From contig OY762633.1 in the NCBI GenBank assembly GCA_963666125.1, forward strand, positions 1,474,935 to 1,538,934: a stretch of DNA of 64,000 bases, written 5' to 3'. The notes below the pieces were generated by a model. The model was not told the origin of the DNA. It did not search any database and saw nothing but the letters and a program-made list of their open reading frames with translations. Of the stretch, positions 35,921 to 43,300 are shown one piece after another. Position 1 is the stretch's first letter; each line of letters opens with the position of its first letter. Both the position numbers and the translations under genes were made by a program. Source of the stretch: Dehalococcoidia bacterium (lineage in GTDB: Bacteria > Chloroflexota > Dehalococcoidia > Lucifugimonadales > CAJWER01).

Positions 35921-35968
35921 CCCCCGATTCGAAGCCGACGGACGGCTTCGGGTCGGGGGTTTTCTTTT
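35921..35968 (+). terminator. Rho-independent terminator after vapC
   Basis: cccccgattcgaagccg-acgga-cggcttcgggtcggggg is followed by TTTTCTTTT. Confidence 0.7.
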
Positions 35969-35985
35969 GGAAAGGAGGTTGTGAT

Positions 35986-36579
35986 TTGCGTTCGGCATTT
36001 CTGGACATAGTGGAGAGCCGCGACCTGGGCGGCGGGCGGTACGTGGTGACGATTGCGGCGAACGAGCGGGTGCGGCATCCGCCGGACCTGGACCTGGCCG
36101 GGATGTCGACCGAGGCGTACATGCGGAACCCGGTGGTGATGTGGGCGCACGACGTGGTGGGGCGGTCGCCTTCGGGAGGGCTGCCGGTCGGCCGGACGCT
36201 GGGGCTGAGCAAGGGCGGCGACGGGCGCGTGGCGGCGGAGTTCGAGTTCCTGGCGGAGGACCCCTTCGCACAGCGGGTGAAGAACGCGTGGGACAAGGGA
36301 TTCCTGCGGGCGGCGTCGGTGAGCTGGGTGCCGGTGGAGAGCGAGTCGGACGAGTCGGGCCGGCGGCGCGACGTGACGTCGGAGCTGGTGGAGTGGTCGC
36401 TGGTGGCGGTGCCCGCCGACCCGGACGCGCTGCGGGAGTCCCACCGGCGCCTGATCGCCGACGCGCTGGAGTGCGAGGAGGGGACGGTGGACGAGGAGTG
36501 GCGCGAGGCGATCGGGCTGCTGGTGGACCAGGTGAAGGAGGGGCTGGGAATGAATCAGAACATGGAGGAGGAAGCATGA
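35986..36579 (+). CDS. HK97-family prohead protease
   Basis: 197 aa with a TTG start 7 nt after AAAGGAGG. Typical S78 segments are NPVVMWAHD, FLRAASVSWVP and EWSLVAVPADPDA. Confidence 0.85.
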   Translation: MRSAFLDIVESRDLGGGRYVVTIAANERVRHPPDLDLAGMSTEAYMRNPVVMWAHDVVGRSPSGGLPVGRTLGLSKGGDGRVAAEFEFLAEDPFAQRVKNAWDKGFLRAASVSWVPVESESDESGRRRDVTSELVEWSLVAVPADPDALRESHRRLIADALECEEGTVDEEWREAIGLLVDQVKEGLGMNQNMEEEA

Positions 36580-38045
36580 CGACGACTGAGATGGAGACGA
36601 TCAGGAGGGAGCTGGCCGGCATCAACTCGTTCGTGCGGGAGCGGTTCGACCCGGTCTCGGAGGACGTGGGGCTGCTGAAGGAGGAGGCCGAGCGGCTGCG
36701 CGGCGAGGTCTCGCGCCTGCAGGAGCGGGAGCGCCAGCCGAGGCGCAGGGCGCTGGCCGGACAGGCCGCACAGGAGCCCGTGGTGAGCGACGGGCCCTAC
36801 GCGGGCATGGACGCGCTGGACCTGGGCCTGCTGAGGCGCATAGCCCGGTCCCAGCGGCGGGAGTCCTTCGGGCCCGGCTGGGTCGAGCGGGCCGAGGCGG
36901 CGAAGAGGTCGCTGGCCGAGGGAGCGACGGCGGCGGTCGTGCAGGAGTCCCACGAGGCGGCGGACGCGCGGCTGAGCCAGCTTCACCGGGTCGGCCCGCG
37001 CCCGACGGGCCAGCACGAGACCTTCAGCCAGCCGGTGCTCCGGTCGCTCACGCGGGCGGCGATGGACAGCACGACGGCGGGCTCGGGCGACGAGCTGGTG
37101 GCGACGCTGGAGGCGCGGGAGCTGTGGATGGACGTGAACCTGGAGACGCTGGTCACGCCGCTGATCACGACGATCGACATGCCGTCGAACCCGTTCGAGA
37201 TCCCGAGACAGCTCGGGGACGTGAACTTCTACCCCGGGACGGAGAACAGCGCCGCGGCCTCGACTGCGCTGACCACGGGCCGCGCCACGCTGGAGGCCCA
37301 CGAGCTGGTCGGCCACGTGCCATACTCGTTCACCCTGGAGGAGGACGCGGTGGTGGCGATGCTGCCGGAGATCAGGGCCGGGCTGGTGCGGAACGTGGCC
37401 CAGGTCCTGGACGACGTGGTCCTGAACGCGGACGCGTCGGGTACGAACAACATCAACGCGGACGAGGCGACGATCTCCAAGTCGGACGCCGGGAAGGGCC
37501 ACTGGCTGCTCGGCTACGACGGGATACTCCACCTGCCGCTGGCGGACAACGCGGGGCAGAGCAACGCGCACGGCGACGCGGTCTCGGACGACATGTTCAG
37601 CGAGATCAGGGCCAAGCTGGGCAAGTACGGCGCGAGGCCGTCGGAGCTGGCGTGGATCATGGACGTGAACACCTTCATCCGGGCCCAGTCGATCAGCCAG
37701 TACAGGACCATGGACAAGCTGGGGCCGAACGCGACGCTCCTGACGGGGATGCTGGGGGCCGTGGAGGGCATCCCGGTGATCGTGTCGGAGCAGATGCGCC
37801 TGGCGGACACGGACGGCAAGGTGACGGACGGCGGCAACAACAAGGACACGGGCCGCCTGCTGATCTTCAACCGCACCCAGTGGATGCAGGGGTTCAGGCG
37901 GAGGATCTCGATCGACGTGGACAGGGACACGCAGAAGCGCCAGACGGTCGTGACGGTCAGCCTGCGCCACGCTCTCACCGAGCGCTCGGGCGACAGGTCG
38001 AAGGCGACGCACACGGCGCTCCAGTACAACATCACGGGAGTGTAG
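36576..38045 (+). CDS. HK97-fold phage major capsid protein with N-terminal coiled-coil delta domain
   Basis: The track ORF 36141-38045 is trimmed to ATG 36576, which overlaps the protease stop (ATGA) and follows GGAGGAGGAAGC. The delta domain reads MTTTEMETIRRELAGINSFV..LKEEAERLRGEVSRLQERE. The body has the capsid-type segment ..PYSFTLEEDAVVAMLPEIRAGL.. Confidence 0.85.
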   Translation: MTTTEMETIRRELAGINSFVRERFDPVSEDVGLLKEEAERLRGEVSRLQERERQPRRRALAGQAAQEPVVSDGPYAGMDALDLGLLRRIARSQRRESFGPGWVERAEAAKRSLAEGATAAVVQESHEAADARLSQLHRVGPRPTGQHETFSQPVLRSLTRAAMDSTTAGSGDELVATLEARELWMDVNLETLVTPLITTIDMPSNPFEIPRQLGDVNFYPGTENSAAASTALTTGRATLEAHELVGHVPYSFTLEEDAVVAMLPEIRAGLVRNVAQVLDDVVLNADASGTNNINADEATISKSDAGKGHWLLGYDGILHLPLADNAGQSNAHGDAVSDDMFSEIRAKLGKYGARPSELAWIMDVNTFIRAQSISQYRTMDKLGPNATLLTGMLGAVEGIPVIVSEQMRLADTDGKVTDGGNNKDTGRLLIFNRTQWMQGFRRRISIDVDRDTQKRQTVVTVSLRHALTERSGDRSKATHTALQYNITGV

Positions 38046-38051
38046 CGAAGG

Positions 38052-38867
38052 GTGAATACATACGTGACGCTGGAGGCGTTGAAGGGCCCCTCGGCCCTGA
38101 ACATCACGGGGTCGGGCGAAGACGCCCGGCTGCTGGCCATGGCCGAGGGCGTGAGCCGCCTGATCGACCGGTACTGCAATCGCCACTTCTACGCGGCCAG
38201 GGCGACGCGCCGGTTCGACGGCGGCGGCGCCCGGCTGCTGCTGCCGGACCTGGTGAGGGTGGACGACGGCGGGGTGCGGACGGACGACGGCGGTGACGGG
38301 ACCTTCGGGACGACGTGGGACGCGGCGGACTACGTGCTGCTGCCCGTCAACGCGGATCCGGAGGGAGGGGGAGCGGCGGCGCGGCCTTACACGTCCATCG
38401 AGGTCGCCCCGGGCCGCGGCAGGCGGGCTTGGCCCGCGGGCCGGGGCAACGTGCGGATAGCGGGCGAGTGGGGATGGCAGCGCCGGCTGAGGCTCGAGGG
38501 CCGGACGACCGGCGCGGTCGCCGACTCGTCGGTTGGTGAGGTGACGGTGCCGAGCGGCTCCGGCGCGACGGCGGGCCACACCCTGCTCATCGGCGGCGAG
38601 CAGCTCTACGTCCGGGAGGCCGCGAGCGGCACGCTGAAGGTGGACAGGGGAGTGAACGGCACCACGGCTTCGGCCCACGACGCGGGGGCGGCGGTGCACG
38701 TGTTCGAGTACCCGGCGCCGGTGGTCGAGGCGGCGCTCCTGCACACGGTCCGGCTGTGGAGGCTCGCGAGCGGCGCGGGCGGTTCCGATGGCCGCGTCGC
38801 TCCGGACGCGGACGCGCGGGCGATGCTGGGGTCGTACCGGAAGCCGGCCCTGGGGGTGGGCGACTGA
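38052..38867 (+). CDS. Phage head-tail connector-like protein (gp6-like N-terminus) with extra C-terminal domain
   Basis: 271 aa with a GTG start. The N-terminus VTLEALKGPSALNITGSGEDARLLAMAEGVSRLIDRYCNRHFY resembles gp6-type connectors. The C-terminal motif LKVDRGVNGTTASAHDAGAAV is common in phage structural proteins. Confidence 0.55.
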   Translation: MNTYVTLEALKGPSALNITGSGEDARLLAMAEGVSRLIDRYCNRHFYAARATRRFDGGGARLLLPDLVRVDDGGVRTDDGGDGTFGTTWDAADYVLLPVNADPEGGGAAARPYTSIEVAPGRGRRAWPAGRGNVRIAGEWGWQRRLRLEGRTTGAVADSSVGEVTVPSGSGATAGHTLLIGGEQLYVREAASGTLKVDRGVNGTTASAHDAGAAVHVFEYPAPVVEAALLHTVRLWRLASGAGGSDGRVAPDADARAMLGSYRKPALGVGD

Positions 38868-39286
38868 TGGCGAACGAGATAGTGGCCGCGGTGGACGGGC
38901 TGGCGACTCTGCTGGAGGTGATCCCCGGCCTGCGCGTACACCGCCGCCCGCCGGGGGCGCTGAACCAGCTTCCGGCGGCGGTCGTGCTGTTCGAGTCGCG
39001 CGGCGGGTCGCGGACCCTCGGCGGATCGGGGTTCGTCGCGCGTATCAGGGTCGTGCTGGCCGCGTCCACGGCCGACGCGCCCGGGGCGTTCGACCGGCTC
39101 TACGACTTCATGGCCCAATCGGGCGCATCCAGCATCGAGGCGGCCGCGGCGTCGGACCCGACATGGGGCGGGAGCGTCGACGACGGCCGGCTGGCGTCCA
39201 TCGAAAACGCCGGCCGCCGCAGGCTCTGGGGCGGCGAGTACGCCGCGGCGGACTTCCACTTCGACGCGGTGAAGGGCGGGGCGTAG
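38867..39286 (+). CDS. Phage neck/head-tail joining protein-like (DUF3168-like), hypothetical
   Basis: The track ORF 38756-39286 is trimmed to ATG 38867 (TGATG coupling). The N-terminus reads MANEIVAAVDGLATLLEVIPGLRVHRRPPGALNQLPAAVVLFE. Confidence 0.4.
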   Translation: MANEIVAAVDGLATLLEVIPGLRVHRRPPGALNQLPAAVVLFESRGGSRTLGGSGFVARIRVVLAASTADAPGAFDRLYDFMAQSGASSIEAAAASDPTWGGSVDDGRLASIENAGRRRLWGGEYAAADFHFDAVKGGA

Positions 39287-39302
39287 GGGCCGCCCGCCGT
39301 GC

Positions 39303-39346
39303 TACAATGCCGGTGCAATGCTGGTACGATGCCGGTACGATGGGAG
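39303..39346 (+). repeat. Four tandem imperfect 11-bp direct repeats upstream of the Panacea-domain gene (candidate operator)
   Basis: The units are tacaatgccgg / tgcaatgctgg / tacgatgccgg / tacgatgggag. The period is 11 bp. The array ends 10 nt before ATG 39356. The first unit contains TACAAT. Confidence 0.7.
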
Positions 39347-39355
39347 AGTACGCCG

Positions 39356-39973
39356 ATGAGCGGTAACGTTGCGGTTGCTGAGAAGCTCAGGAAGACGCGG
39401 GCCGCGATAGTGTGCGTACTCGCGGCCCTGGGGAGAAAGAAGACCCACCGCACGAAGCTGGTCAAGCTGGTGTACCTGGCGGACAACAGGTTCTTCGAGT
39501 CCACCGGACGGACGCTGACGGGCAACGCGTATATGTGGGACCACTACGGCCCCAACGCCGTGGGCAACGCCATCGTGGGCGAAGCCGGCGCGCTGGTAGA
39601 CCGGGGCGTAATACGGATGTCCGTGGGCGCCTCCGCCCACGGAGGGGATGCCTACAGGTACTGGGTCGACAGCCCGGGAGAGGCGTGGGAGCTCGCTTCG
39701 AGCGACCTGGACGCGGGGGAGCTGCAGGTCGTGATGGAGGTCGTCAGGGAATACGGCGGGCTGAGCGTCGGCTCGATAGTGAAGGAGTCGAAGGAGACCC
39801 GGCCCTTCGCCAACGCGGAGCAGTACTCCGTCCTGCGGATGGAGCAGTCGCCGAGGGCCCGCGAGGTGCGGCGGACGCTGGCGGCGAACCGTGAGTTCGT
39901 AGAGTCGGCGTCGGCGGGCATCCGCGAGGCAGAGGACGGGGCCTGGGCGTACGAGGAGCGGGTCGAGGCGTAG
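39356..39973 (+). CDS. Panacea (DUF4065/SocA-like) domain protein, putative antitoxin
   Basis: 205 aa from the Met of MSGNVAVAEKL. The segment KTHRTKLVKLVYLADNRFFESTGRTLTGNAYMWDHYGPN matches the Panacea/SocA core pattern (KLxKLxYxAD..W..GP). Confidence 0.7.
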   Translation: MSGNVAVAEKLRKTRAAIVCVLAALGRKKTHRTKLVKLVYLADNRFFESTGRTLTGNAYMWDHYGPNAVGNAIVGEAGALVDRGVIRMSVGASAHGGDAYRYWVDSPGEAWELASSDLDAGELQVVMEVVREYGGLSVGSIVKESKETRPFANAEQYSVLRMEQSPRAREVRRTLAANREFVESASAGIREAEDGAWAYEERVEA

Positions 39974-39980
39974 GGCCAGG

Positions 39981-40322
39981 TCAGAGGCGGCGCTGTGGCG
40001 GCGAGCCCGCGTCCCAGATCGACAGGACCGACAGCGTCTGCTCGCCTGTCGATTCGTAGTCCACGCGGTAGACTATCCACCAGTCGCTGCTCACGTGCAC
40101 GGGCGTCGGAGAATCTCCCCCGAAGTCCATCAGGACATTTGACGCGCCGTCTATCCCGGGGCTGGTCGCCAGCAGCATGATGGTGCCGCGAAGCTTATGG
40201 TAGGCGGGCAGGTCGCTGCGCCCGAGCCTGTCGAGAAACGAGTAGGCGCGCCGCGTGTACCGAATGGTGGTCGACGCGCCCAGCGGCGGGGTTTCATCGG
40301 GTCCGCCAGCTTGTCCGGGCAT
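39981..40322 (-). CDS. RelE/ParE-like toxin-fold protein
   Basis: Only the last 113 aa of track ORF 39981-40739 are credible (cat at 40320-40322). The pattern IRYTRRAYSFLDRL..YHKLRGTIMLLATSP..SSDWWIVYRVDYESTGEQTLSVLSIWD follows the RelE/ParE layout. Confidence 0.5.
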   Translation of the reverse strand: MPGQAGGPDETPPLGASTTIRYTRRAYSFLDRLGRSDLPAYHKLRGTIMLLATSPGIDGASNVLMDFGGDSPTPVHVSSDWWIVYRVDYESTGEQTLSVLSIWDAGSPPQRRL

Positions 40323-40367
40323 TCGCTGATAGCTCCTCGAACTGCCATGATATGATACTCCAAGAGC

Positions 40368-43300
40368 ATGAACCGGATGGCTGACGACCCAGACATACCG
40401 AAGGGCGCCCGCCCTAATCTCGCCGCAGTACTGCTGCTCGCGGCCATGCTGCTGGCGGCGGTTGCTGGCGCGATCGCCTGCTCCGTTGCAAGCGCCCAGT
40501 CCGGGGGCCTGTTTTCCGAGGTAGACGGCACTCCGCCGCCCGCCGGCATCGAGACCCTGGCCAGCCGCATGGTGGAGATCGACTTCGGCCAGATCGACCG
40601 GGTGACGGATACGCCGGTCGACCCCAGGGGCCCCGCCGGAGGGAGGCCCACGACGCCCCGGGCGCTGGTGCTGAACCTGTTCGACGACGTGGTGTTCACC
40701 AGCATAGTCGAGCACGTCGAGCCCACCGCGGCGGGCCACTCGCTGTGGGGCAGGCTCGACGGCGTGGAGTTGGGGAGCATGACCCTGGTGGTCAACGGCA
40801 GCGTGGTGGCCGGCACGGTGCGGACGCCGGGCGCGGTGTACACCATCAGGACGGCCGGAGACGGCGCGTACGTCATCCGCCAGGTCGACGAGTCCTCGCT
40901 GCCGCCGCCGGCGGAGCCCCTCGAAGGGTCGTCATCTCCCGGGCCCGGCCTCGCTCCCCGGAGTGGGGGCGACCCACGGAGCGATGACGCGGGTCCCCGG
41001 GACGACGGCTCGGAGATCGACGTGATGGTGGTGTACACGCCCGCCGCCAGGCGCCGCGAAGGGGGCAGGGCCGCAATCGAGACGCTGATAGACCTGTTCG
41101 TCGCGGAGACCAACCAGGCATACGCGAACAGCCGTGTGATTCACCGGATCAGGCTGGTGTTGAAGAAAGAGGTGGACTATGAGGAGGGTGTCGACACTTC
41201 CACTAATCTAACTAGGCTCACAGGTGAATCGGATGGGTACATGGATGAGGTTCACGAGTGGCGCGATCTGTATGCTGCGGACATTGTCCACCTGATAACC
41301 ATCTATACCGCTGGGGGTGCGGGCAAGGCGGAGTCGATTGATCTAGGCGCCGATAAGGCATTCTCCATCTCCACTGCCCGTGGGACCTTAGACTCCCTAA
41401 TCTTCGCTCACGAGCTGGGCCATAGCATGGGCCTGCGTCACGACAGGTACGCAGATGGAGGAGGGGAAGGATCGAACTTTGGCTACGTGAACCAGCGAGC
41501 ATTCGAGCCGGGCGCTCCCGAGTCGGCCCGCTGGCGTACGATTATGGCTTACTCCAACCAATGTAGTGAAGTTGGAGATTTCTACTGCGAATGGCTCCCC
41601 TACTTCTCAAACCCTGAGCTGACCTACAAAGGCGATCCGATGGGCGTTCCGGCCGACCACCCATCCACCGGCGTGGACGGGCCGGCCGACGCCGTGAGTG
41701 CCCTCAACGCCAACCGCAAGGTCCTCGCGAATTATCGACGGCGCTCAACCTCCACACCGAGGGTGGACCTGACCCTGTCGCCGTACTGGCTCTCCGAGAA
41801 CGGAGGGGCGAGCGCGGTGACTGCGACCCTGCACAGGCCGTCGAGCTCGGATACCAGAGTAACGGTATCCACCTCACCGGCCGGCGCCGTCGCCCTGGGC
41901 GCGAACAGGACGCTGACCATTCCGGCGGGCCGGACGACGAGCGTTGGAGCAGTGACGATCACGGGCGTCGACAACGACCATCGAACGGGCGACGTGGTCG
42001 TGACCGTCTCGGCTGCAGTGGAGAGCACCAGCCGCGTGGCCGCGCCCGACCCCGTTGAGCTGGCGGTCGTCGACGACGAGACGACACCGGTGGTGACTCT
42101 GTCCCTGTCGCCGGCGGAGATCGTCGAAGGCGAGGGCCCGGCCCTGGTGACCGCTACGCTGGACAGCAGGTCGAGCGCCGAGACCACGGTGGTCGTATCG
42201 GCGTCGCCGGCCGAGCTTGTGGAAATTAGCTGGGGCTATGAGGTAAGAGATACCCTGGTCATCCCGGCGGGCCAGACATCCGCGAGCGGCCGGCCCGTGG
42301 AGATCCGGGGGGTGGATGACGACGTCCTGACCGGCGCCAGGAACATGGTGACCGTGTCCGGCGCGGCGGAGAACGCCCAGGGGGTCATGGGCCCCGAGGG
42401 CGTGACACTGGCCGTCATCGACGACGAGGCGCCGATTTTCACGGACGACAGCGTCTCGTACACCTTCACGTCGGGTGTGGCCGGCAGCCGTTTCGTGGAG
42501 GCGGCGCATGGCAACGGGCCACTGGCGTACTCGATATCGCCCGCCCCGGGCGATGGCGTGATCTTCCAGGCCGGCCCGCCGGCCCGGATAGGGGTCTCGG
42601 CGGCATCGGCCGCGGCCGGCCCCGCAAGCTATACGATAACGGCCGTGGACGCCGACGGCGACACCGCCACCATGACGGTCACCATCATCGTGCGCAGCCC
42701 CGTTTGCCCCGGCAGCGCCGCGGTCTCGGGGGCCACTGCCGGGGGATTGGTCGCCGACTGCGAGGCGCTGCTGGCGGCGCGCGACACCCTGGCGGGGAGC
42801 GCAGCGCTGAACTGGTCGGCGAACACCAACATCAGGAAGTGGGACGGCGTGCAGGTCTGGGACGGGCGGGTCGTCGGGTTGGGGCTCGACTCCAACCAGT
42901 TGAGCGGCACGATACCGTCGGAGCTGGCCAGCCTCAGCAACCTGCAATGGCTCTATCTGGAGAACAGCCAACTGAGCGGCGCGATACCGCCGGAGCTGAG
43001 CAGCTTGACCAAACTGGAAGGTCTGGCGCTATTGAACAACGAGTTGACCGGGAAGATACCGGCAGAGATCGGCAGCCTCGCCAATCTGCGAAGCCTGTGG
43101 CTAGGGGGCAACCAGTTGACTGGGGAGATACCGGCAGAGATCGGCAGCCTCGCCAATCTGGAATCGCTGTCGCTACCGGGCAACCAGTTGACAGGGAAGA
43201 TACCGGCAGAACTGGGCAATCTCGCCAACCTTGAATCGTTGGTGCTATGGCGCAACCAGTTGAGCGGGGCGATACCGGCAGAACTGGGCAGTCTTACCAA

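Larger units (their letters stand above)
35986..39286 (+). mobile_element. Prophage remnant carrying only head and neck genes (protease, major capsid, connector, neck protein)
   Basis: Four consecutive coupled phage structural genes. No terminase, portal, tail, integrase or lysis genes are present in the window. GC content is like the host. Confidence 0.6.

Noticed and set aside
36576-38045. The HK97-fold protein as an encapsulin nanocompartment shell.
   Set aside because: It has an N-terminal coiled-coil delta domain and is preceded by a prohead protease. It is followed by connector and neck genes. No cargo protein with a targeting peptide is adjacent. This is a phage head module.
36555-38744. 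A 729-aa minus-strand ORF across the capsid and connector genes; also 57155-58762(-) over thrS and 62674-63972(-) over the dehydrogenase gene.
   Set aside because: The reasoning is the same. The opposite-strand frames carry unmistakable capsid, ThrRS and FAD-dehydrogenase motifs, and the antisense products are Arg/Pro/His-rich nonsense.
39981-40739. The full 252-aa minus-strand ORF overlapping the start of the giant LRR gene.
   Set aside because: The upstream 139 aa are antisense to the signal-peptide region of the 40368 gene and are Gly/Arg/Pro-rich. Only the C-terminal 113 aa, from the Met at 40322, show a RelE/ParE-like pattern.
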